From positions 1 through 64,000 of the forward strand of contig NIVC01002602.1 of NCBI GenBank assembly GCA_002269645.1: a stretch of DNA of 64,000 bases, written 5' to 3'. This DNA comes from Macrostomum lignano (Eukaryota). The notes beneath the pieces were generated by a model that saw nothing but the letters and a program-made list of their open reading frames with translations, ran no database searches and was not told the DNA's origin. The position numbers were made by a program, and so were the translations under genes. Positions 1 to 13,900 of the stretch are shown piece after piece; the stretch's first letter is position 1; each line of letters opens with the position of its first letter.

Positions 1-94
1 GCTCCACTGAAACAGCGACACCGCGACTATACAGGCAGACCCGCTCTGCCATGCCTAACCTGAACAGGAAAGTTCTGATTACAGTATCTGATTT

Positions 95-535
95 CGCTTA
101 ACAGAACCGACCTCAGGAAGATGTGCATGGCGCTAACCGGCCATGGATTCTTCCAGAGACATATCTCGTTGCAAACGGTTTCCCTCCCACCTGTCCTTTC
201 TGTGGCATAGGAGAGGAGACGCGGAGCATCACAAGTCACTTCTGCCCTTACTTCAACAAGGCGCGGCACGAATACCTCGGCCACTCCCAGCGGATGGACG
301 AGCTGACCACCCGGACAATATCCGTGACCTTCGCGCCTTCGTCCGCGGGACTCCGGCCGGATGAGGGTCACCGATGCCTCCACTGCGAACCTGCCGACTA
401 CTGGCGGGGACTGGGCGCACCCTCCCCCCCCCAAGGTTAATCCTTGTGCTCTCTTACCTTGGGGTTGCGATAGGGGCCTCGCGGCCTATTCGCGGCGCCT
501 GCACCCCCCGTCAGTAGTAAGTAAGTTCGTGGTAA
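95..535 (+). mobile_element. Degenerate 3' end of a non-LTR retrotransposon (LOA/R1/I-like ORF2 C-terminal zinc knuckle plus 3' UTR)
   Basis: Across frameshifts it reads [25 protein letters not shown]...[24 protein letters not shown]...LRAFVRGT. This is the LTGHG..C-x2-C..H..C pattern of these ORF2 C-termini. It ends in a tagtaagtaagt tail and probably extends left of the window. Confidence 0.75.
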
Positions 536-2594
536 ATTTAACATACAGCGCTAGAATGACAGGAATAGATATTGCGTTCAGTGGCAACTCATATCATATC
601 ACAACTCTGGTAAAAACAATCGCCTAGCTAATTATATCCAGTGTAAAAGAGATTATAAAACCACAAGCATAAGTGGACTCCGGGTGTGTACATGTACTAC
701 TAGTTTTCCACTACGAAACTAAGATGCTTTACGGGCTCATCGGCCTAGTTTTACTTCCAGTTCTACTCAAATTATAAGACCACTCGCTATATATAAAGGA
801 CACTATAATTAGTAGTAGTCCCGGATTCTATTGTACTTTAAGTATAATTTTGTAATGTGTTACATTACGACTTATAATTTAGAATTTGCTATCAGATTAC
901 CAGCCTTTTAAATAAATTTTCTTTTCACTACTACTCACTACTATACGTACTACTTCCCGTTGCAATTAAATTTAAAATAAATAAAGTAGTAAGCAAAGCG
1001 ATGCTTTACCAATTAATCGTTAAACGAGGTTCACAATGGCCTGCTCTGTACACGATAAGCTACTAAGACAAAATCAGAAACAAAAATTATGGCGACGCTA
1101 TAAATACGGCCAGGCAGTAGAGAAATTTTTATATTTTAATCGCCCAGCAAGCGAACGATTGAACAAACAGTTAATTGGAACAATTTCGAGTTAATCATTG
1201 TGCGCGTAAATAATTAAGCAATAAAATTTTACACTGGTTAAATTGTGCAGCCATTATACGCTAATAGATAAGCTACTAAGAAAATTATCACCCAGTAATT
1301 GAACGATTTGCCTCTTAAATAGGCCAACCGTTTTTAATAATACGCTAGTGGTTTTTATGCGAAGCGCAAGTAGTATATGCGGGTTCTAGTATTATTTATT
1401 AATGATCATTATTGGTTAGAGTAAGCAATTTCTATGCATATAAAAGAGTTTTTTAAGAGCGTGAGAATCAGGTACAGGGTGAAGGGATTACATGTAAGGT
1501 CACATTGTTCAATGCAATACGTGGTCCGTTAGCGGCAGCAGTGCTTGGAGGTGCACAACTGGAAACAAGCTTTATAGTACTGCTATATATTTTAATAATA
1601 TGGTTATTTATAAAGAAAATACTGGGTTATTTTATGCGAAAACACACAAAGGACAGAAAACTATAAAACACATGTACAAAATAAGCAATTTTTCAATAAC
1701 TAAATTTAAAATACAGTTTAACAGCAGGACAAAGACTCAAAAATCAGACGATCTTTGTTGTTTGTGCCATAGTTGTGTTATCGAAAATCAAAACCAGAAA
1801 ACAGCATTTTAAATAAAGCGAAAATTAGTTCTACACAAAGCTGACAAATTGGTAATCGTAAGTAGTATATGCGGAGTGCATGTTTATCCGTGCAATTTCC
1901 AGGCGAATTGAGCAACAGAGACAGAAAAAACAGAGTTTGTGGCAATGACGGTCAGTAAAATAATAATAATATAAAAAGTGATTGCAAACATAACTATTAA
2001 AATATTTATGAATATTATTGTATTGAAGGCTGAACTAATTGACGGGCAATAGAAAATAACGCGTGTGGAATAGATACGATTTTGTCGTAAAATACACAGC
2101 CTTTTTATTAACAAATTTCACTAATTAGCACTTAATGATCAAAATGTTGGATTGAAAAAAAACACTGTAAAAATTAGATAATATTACACTTGACACAATG
2201 AACATACTACTGCCAGAGTAGTGAAGTAACTTTTTAAAAATAATAATAAAAATAGCCAGATACGGGGCTAAAGACTACATAACTATTCTTAGAAACGCAC
2301 GGAATGAGTAGTCTTAGGCTATATTTAAAAGTGCAGTTGATGATTTTTCCTCAACGAAAAGTTTCATTAATTATTTAAAAACAAACTGCGAAAAGCAGCA
2401 ACAGCGAGGTGATCAAATTATGATTAAGTGAAAAAGTCCGACTACCGTATGTGGAAGTGTGTTGCTTCTGGAATCTGGACTTTAGAGTTCAAAACTTTCT
2501 CGCAGATAAATTAATAAAATATATCGTTAAATCAGCGGCTATTTTGAGAATTATTATTTTGCATTATATTCACGCTAAATATGAAACTACCAAT

Positions 2595-3345
2595 TATGAA
2601 ATCGATAATTTTACCGACAAAATAAAAATCGATGGCACTGTAATGATCCAAGAATCGATAAAATCGATCATTTTCATTTGATAAAACTAAATCGATAATG
2701 TCACTGGCAAAATGAAAATAGATTATTTTACCTATAAAATCAAAATCGATAGTTTTACCGATAAAATGAAAATCGATAATTTTAACGATAAAATGAAAAT
2801 CGATTATTTTACCGATAAAATGAAAATCGATAGTTTTACCGATAAAATGAAAATCGATAATTTTACCGATAAAATCAAAATCGATAGTTTTACCGATAAA
2901 ATGAAAATCGATAATTTTAACGATAAAATGAAAATCGATAATTTTACCGATAAAATCAAAATCGATAGTTTTACCGATAAAATGAAAATCGATAATTTTA
3001 CCGATAAAATCAAAATCGATAGTTTTACCGATAAAATGAAAATCGATAATTTTAACGATAAAATGAAAATCGATTATTTTACCGATAAAATCAAAATCGA
3101 TAGTTTTACCGATAAAATGAAAATCGATAATTTTAACGATAAAATGAAAATCGATAATTTTACCTATAAAATCAAAATCGATAGTTTTACCGATAAAATG
3201 AAAATCGATAATTTTAACGATAAAATGAAAATCGATAATTTTAACGATAAAATGAAAATCGATTATTTTACCGATAAAATGAAAATCGATAGTTTTACCG
3301 ATAAAATGAAAAACGATAACTTTTACCGGTAAAAAAATCGATTAT
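2595..3345. repeat. 27-bp minisatellite (AAAATCGATAGTTTTACCGATAAAATG), about 25 copies, downstream of the afadin stop
   Basis: Direct periodicity; produces the KIDxFTDKM repeat ORF at 2712..3332. Confidence 0.95.
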
Positions 3346-3472
3346 TCTTCCCATAAAATCTATAACTTTCAGATAACCCTTATAACATTTCTCGGGCGCT
3401 TTGTTTTAAACTTGATGAATATGCGGAATCGAATTAAAAATGAATTTCCATTACTAATAATAAACCTAAAGT

Positions 3473-6400
3473 TTAATTGCCCTCCTCGTCGTAGTCATCG
3501 GGCCGGTCGAACATCCGCTGGGCGCTGCTAGCCTTGCTGCGCTCGCTATACTGGATAATATTGGACTCGTCGCCGCCAGCGAATCGGCGCATTTTGTCGT
3601 GAAAACTCAACCGCTCTACCCCGGCGTCGCCGTCAACGTCGCGACGTTGTTGACGATTGGCGCCGCGCAACAGCGGATCCGATAGACCTCCTGGGCGCCG
3701 ATTACTGTCACAGACTGCGGCGGCTGCTGCTGAGGTGCCGAGTAGTCGAAATAGCCGCTAGTCGGCCGAGAAGACGAATTAGTGGGCTTCGGCTTCGGCT
3801 TCACCGGCGGCGGAGGCGGCGGCATTACTGATGGCCGCTGTACTCGAACAATGTCTTCGTGATTATGCTCCGACGCTGTGGTGCCGCTATTATTCAGATT
3901 TTTATCGAAGCTGACCGACTTTTTAGGGATAGTGGAGGACGGCGGCGGTGGCGGGGCGGCAGTCACTCCGCCAGCTGTAGAGCCGCGAGCCTGCAAGAAG
4001 GGTTAACGGTGCACTTTAAGCGACCTTGTCGCTCAACCGGCGAGAGGCATTGCTGCCCATTTCGCCGACCCCCCTGAGCAGGCACACACTCACACAGGAG
4101 TGTACAGCGACCCTACTTTATTTATCGTCAGGCATGTACAATTCAAAGGCGTTAATAGCACGAGAAGAGCCAAGCCGAGATTCCAATATTGCATATCAGA
4201 GGCCAAGAAGTCGTTGAGTTGTTGAGTCATTGAGTGATGTGAAGGTAAAAGTTGCCGAAAAGTTGACAAAAGAGTCCCCCAAGAATCAATTCGAATCTGG
4301 GGTCGTAGAGTCGTATCTGAGGCGTGCTAGAATCGTTGTTGTGTTTAAAGCAAGTGCGCTGACTAGCCTACTGAGCTAGTAGAAAGTCAAGCGCAGACAC
4401 AACGATTCTTGGACGGCTTTTTTCGCGACTATTTTACGATTCTACAACTCACAGGATGCGCTTGTGATGCTTGTCGTGCTTGTTACGGTATCTTTTTTAA
4501 CGGGTAGACCATTAGGCTATGCCCCCTACCCCCCCCCCCCCCTGGGGCTGGGGGTGGCACACATTTCACAAAAATAACATTTAAGGTCATGACTTTTCCA
4601 ATTCTGAAACGGCGGGAATACCTGCAGTATCTGACGCAGTCGGGCCTGTCTTTCCAGCTCCTCCTGATCCTCGGACTGGCGCTTTCGAGACTGCTCCAAC
4701 TGTTGTTGCTGGGCTTCGAGTTCGCGAAATCGGCGCATTCGTTCTTCATCTTTGCGGCGCCATTCCTCTTCCATCTGGCGACGAAGCCGCTCTTCCTCCT
4801 CGGCCTCGGCTAGAAGGCGGCGACGCTCCGTTTCGGCGGCGGCCGCGGCCAACTCGGCGTCCTCCTGACGGCGGCGCTCCGCGGCGGCTTCCTGAGCGGT
4901 TTTTTAATGACAGTTTTGGTCAGGAGTGGGTTTGGTCAGGAGTGGGTTTGGTCAGGAGTAGTTTTGGTCAGGAGTGGGTTTGGTCAGGAGTGGTTTTGGT
5001 CAGGAGTGGGTTTGGTCAGGAGTAGTTTTGGTCAGGAGTGGTTTTGGTCAGGAGTAGTTTTGGTCAGGAGTGGTTTTGGTCAGGAGTGGTTTTGGTCAGG
5101 AGTGGGTTTGGTCAGGAGTAGTTTTGGTCAGGAGTGGGTTTGGTCAGGAGTAGTTTTGGTCAGGAGTGGTTTGGTCAGGAGTGGTTTTGGTCAGGAGTAG
5201 TTTTGGTCAGGAGCGGTTTTGGTCAGGAGTAGTTTTGGTCAGGAGTAGTTTTGGTCAGGAGCGGTTTTGGTCAGGAGTAGTTTTGATCAGGAGCGGTTTT
5301 GGTCAGGAGTAGTTTTGGTCAGTAGTTTTGGTCAGGAGTGGCTTTGGTTAGTAGTTTTGGTCAGGAGTGGGTTTGGTCAGGAGTGGTTTTGGTCAGGAGT
5401 TGTTTTGGTCAAGAGCGGTTTTGGTCAAGAGCGGTTTTGGTCAAGAGCTTTTTGCTTCCAGGCTTACTTTAAATAGTAAAGTAAGTACTCGTATAATAGA
5501 AAACAGTTAGTCACAAAAGTTTAGCCTGGAATTTACACCTTAAATAAACAAAGCTTTCTCTGTTTCACTACTACTAAGAAAGTGAAATCCTTACCAATAA
5601 AGGATTTTAACAACTTTATTAGAATTAGCAAATTAATTAAACACAAACTGCTAACTAGAAGCGCATAAAACATTTCAGTTCCTTTTTTCGTCACTATATG
5701 CAAATTAGCGAGCGCTCACTCTTTGCATTTTTTCGCGTTCCGAAGCCTCTCGTTCTGCCTGCTTTCGCCTTTGGTCTTCCTCCTGTAGAAAGTTCACAGA
5801 CGACAAATAAAGTTTCTGCAGCCTGTATTCAAATCTAGTTTAAAAATGGGAATTCGTCAACTTACTACTTGTCTAAGTAGACGCTCCGATTCGTCTTGCT
5901 TGCGACGGCGTTCAGATTCTTCCTGAAATTACATTTGAGAACAATTGTGAACCTTGATGTCACAACTTGAATGCTCTTGAACTCAACAGCCTGGAAAACT
6001 CTAGCCTGAAGGGCTGAATCTACAGTCTGAAGGGCTGAACCTACAGTCTGAAGGGCTGAATCTACAGTCTGAAGGGCTGAACCTACAGTCTGAAGGGCTG
6101 AACCTACAGTCTGAAGGGCTGAACCGACAATCTCACAGCCTGAACCTACAATCTCACAGCCTGAACCTACAGTCTAACAGCCTGAACCTACAGTCTAACA
6201 GCCTGAACCTAAAGTCTCACAGCCTGAACCTACAATCTCACAGCCTGAACCTACAGTCTCACAGCCTGAACCTACAATCTCACAGCCTGAACCTACAATC
6301 TCACAGCCTGAACCGACAATCTCACAGCCTGAACCTACAATCTCACAGCCTGAACCTACAATCTCACAGCCTGAACCTACAGTCTCACAGCCTGAACCTA

Positions 6401-8294
6401 CAGTCTCACAGCCTGAACAGACAATCTCACAGCCTGAACCTACAATCTCACAGCCTGAATCTACAGTCTCACAGCCGGAACCTACAATCTCACAGCCTGA
6501 ACCTACAATCTCACAGCCTGAACAGACAATCTCACAGCCTGAACCTACAATCTCACAGCCTGAACCTACAATCTCACAGCCTGAACCGACAGTGCCTCAG
6601 CCCAACCTGCTGCAGTTGCTGCTGCTGCAATTTCCGTTTAAGCTCCGCCTCCTCCTGCTGCCGACGCTCCCGCTCGAGAGTTCTTTGACGCTCCCGCTCG
6701 CGACTGGCCTGGGCCTGGTCTTCCTCCCCATCCTCGGACGATGAAGACGACGAGGTCGATTCATCGTCATCGTCATCGGCGGCGCCGCTGTATCTGCCGA
6801 GGCCGCTGCGGCGCTGCTGATCGCGAAGCCACTCCTCGTGTTGGCGCATTCTTTCGGCTTGGCGCGCCTCCTCGCGCTGCTTCTCTACTTGTCGTTCGCG
6901 CTCGTACAGTTCGAGTGATTCGCGCTGGCGCTGGGCGGCCTCGGCAGCGCGCTGGCGCCGTTCGGCCTCTTCTTGGGCTTCACGACGGGCGGCGTTTCTT
7001 TCCACTGTTTCGCGAACTTCACGAAGGCGCATCGCTCGGATCTGTTGGGTAGGTTAAGAAAAACGATGGCGATATGTATCGAAAAAAATATTTTAGATTG
7101 TAAGATTATGAAGGCCGTGTTTATGTAGGACTAGTTGAGATGGAGGGACAGGGATAGAGAAAGGTAAAGAGGGGGAAGAAGGTACAGAGGAGGGTGTAGA
7201 ATGGAAAGAGGAAGGTGCAGAGAGAGAGTGTAGAGAGGAGAGGCTGAGAGTGTAGAGAGGAGAGGCTGAGAGTGTAGAGAGGAGAGGCTGAGAGTGTAGA
7301 GGGGAGAGGCTGAGAGTGTAGAGAGGAGAGGAGGAGAGTGTAGAGAGGAGAGGAGAGTGTAGAGAGGAGAGGAGAGTGTAGAGAAGAGAGGAGAGTGTAG
7401 AGAGGAGAGGAGAGTGTAGAGAAGAGAGGAGAGAGTAGAGAGGAGAGGGGGAGAGTGTAGAGAGGAGAGGGGGAGAGTGTAGAGGAGAGGAGGAGAGTGT
7501 AGAGAGGAGAGGGGGAGAGTGTAGAGAGGAGAGGGGGAGAGTGTAGAGAGGAGAAGAGGAGAGAGTGTAGAGAAGAGAGGAGGAGAGTGTAGAGAGGAGA
7601 GGGGGAGAGTGTAGAGGAGAGGAGGAGAGAGTGTAGAGAGGAGAGGAGAGTGTAGAGGAGAGGAGGAGAGTGTAGAGAGGAGAGGGGGAGAGTGTAGAGA
7701 GGAGAAGAGGAGAGAGTGTAGAGAAGAGAGGAGGAGAGTGTAGAGAGGAGAGGGGGAGAGTGTAGAGGAGAGGAGGAGAGAGTGTAGAGAGGAGAGGAGA
7801 GTGTAGAGAGGAGAGGAGAGAGTAGAGAGGAGAGGGGAGAGTAGAGAGGAGAGGGGAGAGTATAGAGAGGAGAGGAGAGGGTGTAGAGGAGAGGGGGAAA
7901 AGGTGTAGAGAGGAGTGTGAAGAGGCGTAGGGAGAGCAGAAAAGACAAGAGTGATGATATAGACAGTTTTAATAACAACCTAGGAACTGCAGAACTTCTC
8001 AGAGAGATAAATCAGCCTATTTGGCTTCTACAGGTAATAATCAAATGGCGCTGCACAAGCCTGCACAGTTCAACAGGCTGGGCAACTCACAGCAGCGCTA
8101 TCCTCGCTCGATCTGTCCTCTTCGTAGCCCTGCTCCTCGGCCAGCACTCGCTCCTGGAAGGGCACCTCAACGCGCAGATAGTCCAGCTTGAGCCGGTCGT
8201 CTCTGTCCAGAGTGCCAATCCGTTGAAGCTCGTCTTCAAGTTCGCGCAGTCTGGCCCGCATTTCAGCTAGACGATTCAGCGGTCCAGACGAGTG

Positions 8295-8330
<36 letters not shown>

Positions 8331-10784
8331 ATGCTGATGCTGAGGCGGCGGCGGTGGCTGAGGACTAGGCGTGCGAACTCGTTGAGCAGTCTTATTGAGC
8401 TCAGCCGCCGATGGAGCATAGCTGAATTGAGCGTAGGATCTTACTGTGAGAATCAGCCATATTTTACTCGAATTTCAACAAAGTCTCACCCTGAGAATCA
8501 TCCATATTTCACCCGAATTACACCAAAATCTCACACTGAGAATTTCACCCGAATCTCACCAAAATCTCACCATGAGAATCATCCATATTTCACCCGAATT
8601 ACACCAAAATCTCACCCTGAGAATCTCACCCGAATCTCACCAAAATCTCACCATGAGAATCATCCATATTTCACCCGAATCTCACTAAAATCTCACCATG
8701 AGAATCATCCATATTTCACCCGAATCTCACCAAAATCTCACCATGAGAATCATCTATATTTCACCCGAATTACACCAAAATCTCACCCTGAGAATCTCAC
8801 CCGAATCTCACCAAAATCTCACCATGAGAATCATCCATATTTCACCGAATCTCACCAAAATCTTACCATGAGAATTATCCATATTTTATCTAAATCTCAC
8901 CCTGAGAATCATCCATATTTCACCCGAATCTCATCAAAATCTCACCATGAGAATTATCCATATTTTATCTAAATCTCACCCTGAGAATAATCCATATTTC
9001 ACCCGAATCTCATCAGAATCTCACCATGAGAACACAGAGCAAGCACAAAAATCTGAACAGACTAGTCAAATAACCCCTCACCGCTGCTGCAACCCAGATG
9101 GTGGCGGAGGCGGGTGTCGCTGGCCAAAGAACAGGGCGCGGTCTTCAATAGGCTTGGGCGGCGGCGGCAGGTTCATATAGGTGGCGCCGCTAGCGCTGCT
9201 GGTAGCGTCAGGACTAGACGGTGCGGCTGGCGAGTCCAGCACAGCCTGAGCCGGCTTGGCAACAAACACCCCAGTAGTACTTGTTGCTGTTAAAGGCTGT
9301 TGCGGTGGCTGACGCGACGAGCGCAGAGTTAAAGACGATTGACTGCCAGACAGAGACGAGCGACTGTTGTTATCATTGGCGCTGCCCCGGCGGCCCTGCT
9401 TTATAACTACTTTAGGCGCGTCCATCGGAGTGATCACTCTGGGCGGCTGGCGCTGATGAGGCTGAGGCTGATGAGGCTGAGGCTGATGAGGCTGAGGCTG
9501 ATGAGGCTGATGATCCTGACGACGCAAACTGTCAACGGCGGCTCTGGCTGCGGCCTCGTCGGCGTAGTTATTCGACGTTGAAGTTCGCCGCGTGCCGCCG
9601 GTTAATACGGCTCTAGCGCTACTGTTACTATTGTTAACATCGTCAAGCATGTTAGATGTTGATTTGGCTCGCTGCGGACCCGGCATCTGCTGCTGCTGTT
9701 GGTAGCGGTTAGCAGAATGCTTGCCAGGTCGTTGCATTGTCTGATAATGCTGCTGCTGCGGTGGCTGCGGTGGCTGCGGCTGCTGCGCCTGAGGCGGAGG
9801 CGGCATGCTAGACAGCGGCCTCTGATGCTGAGGTCCTTGTTGCTGCTGCTGTTGCTGTTGTTGTTGCTGTTGCGGCAGAGGTCTTTGTTGCTGCTGTTGT
9901 TGCTGTTGCTGTGGCAGAGGTCTTTGTTGCTGCTGTTGTTGCTGTTGTTGTGGCAGAGGTCTTTGTTGCTGCTGTGGCATGGGTCTTTGTTGCTGTTGTT
10001 CCTGCTGTGGCATGGGTCTTTGTTTCTGTTGTTCCTGCTGCGGCATGGGTCTTTGTTGCTGCTGAAAATGCTGAGAACCTGGTCTTGGTTGTTGTTGTGG
10101 CTGCTGCTGCTGCGGAGACGGCGGCGTCATCTGCTGCTGCTGCGGCTGCTGCTGTTTTGGATGCCCAGGAAGCGCAGGCGACCTCGGCGGACTGGGCTGC
10201 CTCAGTATTTCAGCCAGGCCGTGAAATCTGTCGGCTCGTTTGGCCACCGTCAGGCCGACTGACTGGCCGGTGCGCTGAGAATGTCAACAGAAAAAAGTTC
10301 TTAGCGTACTTCTTCTGACAAGCTGACCTTGACACTTGCAGTGCGTATGAGGCATGGTAGCGTCCTAACACATTCAACTGAGGGTCACTAATTAACTAGG
10401 GTCACTAATCAACTAACTTAACTAACTAACTAGCTAATTAGCTAACTAACTAGCTAACTAACTAACAAACAAACAAACTAACTAACTGACTGACTAACTA
10501 ACTAACTAACAAACAAACAAACAAACTAACTAACTAACTGACTGACTAACTAACAAACAAACAAACAAACTAACTAACAAACTAACTAACTAGCTAACTA
10601 ACAAACAAACAAACAAACTAACTAACTAACTGACTAACAAACAAACTAACTAACTAACTAACTGACTGACTAACTAACAAACTAACTAACCGACTGACTG
10701 ACTAACTAACTAACAAACAAACAAACAAACAAACTAACTAACTAACTAACTAGCTAACTAACAAACAAACAAACTAACTAACTG

Positions 10785-10848
<64 letters not shown>

Positions 10849-10880
10849 GCTAACTAACAAACAAACAAACTAACTAACTG

Positions 10881-10914
<34 letters not shown>

Positions 10915-13900
10915 AAACAAACAAACAAACAAACAAACAAACTAGCTAACTAACAAACAAACAAACTAACTGACTAACTAACTAACAAACAAACAAACAA
11001 ACAAACTAACTAACCGACTAACTGACTAACTAACTAAAAAAATCTGATTGCTGCACACACCTGAAGCACGCCAGCAGCCTCTCTCTGGGACAGTCCAACC
11101 AGAGACAGGCCGTTAACAGCCAGCAGCTGATCGCCAGTCTCTATGCGGCCATCTCTGTCCGCGGCGCCGCCAGGTATCACAGCCTTCACGTAGGTGCCAA
11201 CAACGCCCTGATCAGGACCAGCTAGAGCCGTGGCTGAGACTATGCTCAAACCCAGAGAGTTATTGTATTTAGCTAGCTGGATTTGCTGTACAGCTGGCTT
11301 AAGGACCTGTTGCTGTTGCTGCTGCTCATGCTGAGAGAGGCGGCTGGAATCACGTTGACTTTCCACCTGTAATTATGGAATTATTGGACCATGCAGGCAT
11401 TGGATGTCTGAGGACCACATTCACTAAAACCCTGAATTCAATCTGAGGACCACAGTCACTAATTATGAATTCAATCTGAGGACCACAGTCACTAATTATG
11501 AATTCAATCTGAGGACCACAGTCACTAATTATGAATTCAATCTGAGGACCACAGTCACTAATTATGAATTCAATCTGAGGACCACAGTCACTAATTATGA
11601 ATTCAATCTGAGGACCACAGTCACTAATTATGAATTCAATCTGAAGACCACAGTCACTAAAACCCTGAATTCAATCTGAAGACCACACGCTCAGCATCTT
11701 CATTACCTGCTGCTGTTGCTGCTGCACCGGTCTCTTTCCATCAGCAGAGTCGTCAGTAATTTCGCCATCAATCTGCATATAGACAGTCCACAAGCCGTCA
11801 GCTCTCTGATGGGCTGGATGCGGCACCACCTGGCAGAGACCCTGCCGGGCCAGCGGCGTGAGGAATTCCTCCAAGCCGTTCGGCATCCCCAGTGGAGCAT
11901 CGCAGGTGTACCCATCGTCGGGCAGGAGCAGTGGCAGATTAAGATCCGGCTCTTCTAACAGTTCAATAGCCAGGCCTTCCTCTTCGTGTAGAGGATCGGC
12001 CGACTGCCTGGCCGCTTCAACTAAGCTGTCAATCCAGGTGCGCGGCAGCGGCGGCCTGAAGCCAGCCAGTAGTGCTCCAGTTTGAATGGAGTTTAAGCGC
12101 AAACAATTAGCGGCAGTCTCTGATACAGCGTTGAAATCTGATTTGTCGCATAGTAGAAGGTGGCACGCTTGGACACTTCTGTATATGATTAATTAATTAT
12201 TAATTATATATTATTATTTCCTTTGTTATTCAGTCAATATATGCATAAATCATAATAATTTGATGTCAGATACTATCTAGCAAGCCAGCATTAACTCGGC
12301 TATATAAAAAATAGCCTGTTTACGTCAAAGGGTAAGTTAAAATTTTTGCATTATTCTTAGAAAATGTGCAGGCGCCGGTTTCAGGAATGATTCTCAGGAA
12401 TGCTTCAGGAATGATTCTCAGGAATGCTTCAGGAATGATTATCAGGAATGCTTCAGGAATGATTCTCAGGAATGATTCAGGAATGATTCTCAGGAATGCT
12501 TCAGGAATGATTCTCAGGAATTCTTCAGGAATGATTCTCAGGAATGCTTCAGGGATGATTCTTAGGAATGCTTCAGGAAAGATTCTTAAAAATGTTTCAG
12601 GAATGCTTCAGGAATACTTCAGGAATGATTCTCAGTAATGCTTTAGGAACGATTCTTAGAAATGATTCTCAGGAATGCTTCAGGAATACTTCATGAATGA
12701 TTCTGAGTAATGCTTCAGGAACGATTCTTAAGAAATGATTCTCAGGAATGCTTCAGGAATACTTCAGGAATGATTCTCAGCAATGCTTTAGGTACGATTC
12801 TTAGAAATGATTCTCAGGAATGCTTCAGGAATACTTCATGAATGATTCTGAGTAATGCTTCAGGAATGATTCTTAAGAAATGATTCTCAGGAATGCTTCA
12901 GGAATACTTCAGGAATGATTCTCAGCAATGCTTTAGGTACGATTCTTAGAAATGATTCTCAGGAATGCTTCAGGAAAGCCTCAGGAATGATTCTCAGGAA
13001 TGCTTTAGGAACGATTCTTAGAAATGATTCTCAGGAATGCTTCAGGAAAGCCTCAGGAATGCTTCAGGAATACTCCAGGAATGATTCTCAGTAATTCTTC
13101 AGGAACGATTCTTAGAAATGATTCTCAGGAATGCTTCAGGAATACTTCAGGAATAATTCTCAGTAATGCTTCAGGAACGATTCTTAAGAAATGATTCTCA
13201 GGAATACTTCAGGAATGGTTCTCAGTAATGCTTCAGGAACGATTCTTAAGAAATGATTCTCAGGAATGCTTCAGGAATACTTCAGGAATGATTCTTAGAA
13301 ATGATTCTCAGGAATGCTTTAGGAATGATTCTTAGAAATGATTCTCAGGAATGCTGCGGGAATGATTCTTAGAAATGATTCAGGAATGATTCTCAGGAAT
13401 GCTTCAGGAATGATTCTTAGAAATGATTCTCAGGAATGCTTCAAAAGCAATTTTTAAGACAATCTTCAACCCAATTAAACAGAAGTCTCACCTGGCCAAA
13501 TGGCACTCGGCGGCCAGCTCCAAGCCCTGCCTCTCCGCCCACGCTTTCACTCGCTCCAACCTGCGCAACAGCAAGTCGCCCCAACTGGCCGTCAGGTAAC
13601 CGGAAGCGGCTTCCCCGGCTGCCTGAGGCGACACCAGCTGATTGAAAACGCAGGCGTTAACGTAGTGAAACAGCTGAGAGAACAGCTGAATTGTCAAGGC
13701 GGCGTTAACTCGGCAACGACGAAGAACAACCATAGCGCCTGACAGGCAGCGAAGCAGTTGCAGCAGCGAAGCGGTCGGATTGTTCGGCGGAGTCGACTGG
13801 AATGGCGAAAGGATTTTTGGGTTGTGATATTTGGGATCAAAAACTCTAACTTGGGATTTTTTAGATAGGGATCTTTGGGATAAAAGACTCGAAACTGGGA

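Noticed and set aside
4453-4491. 39-nt cassette or poison exon in afadin intron 14
   Set aside because: Good donor but a purine-only acceptor and an immediate stop in the required phase; no other support.
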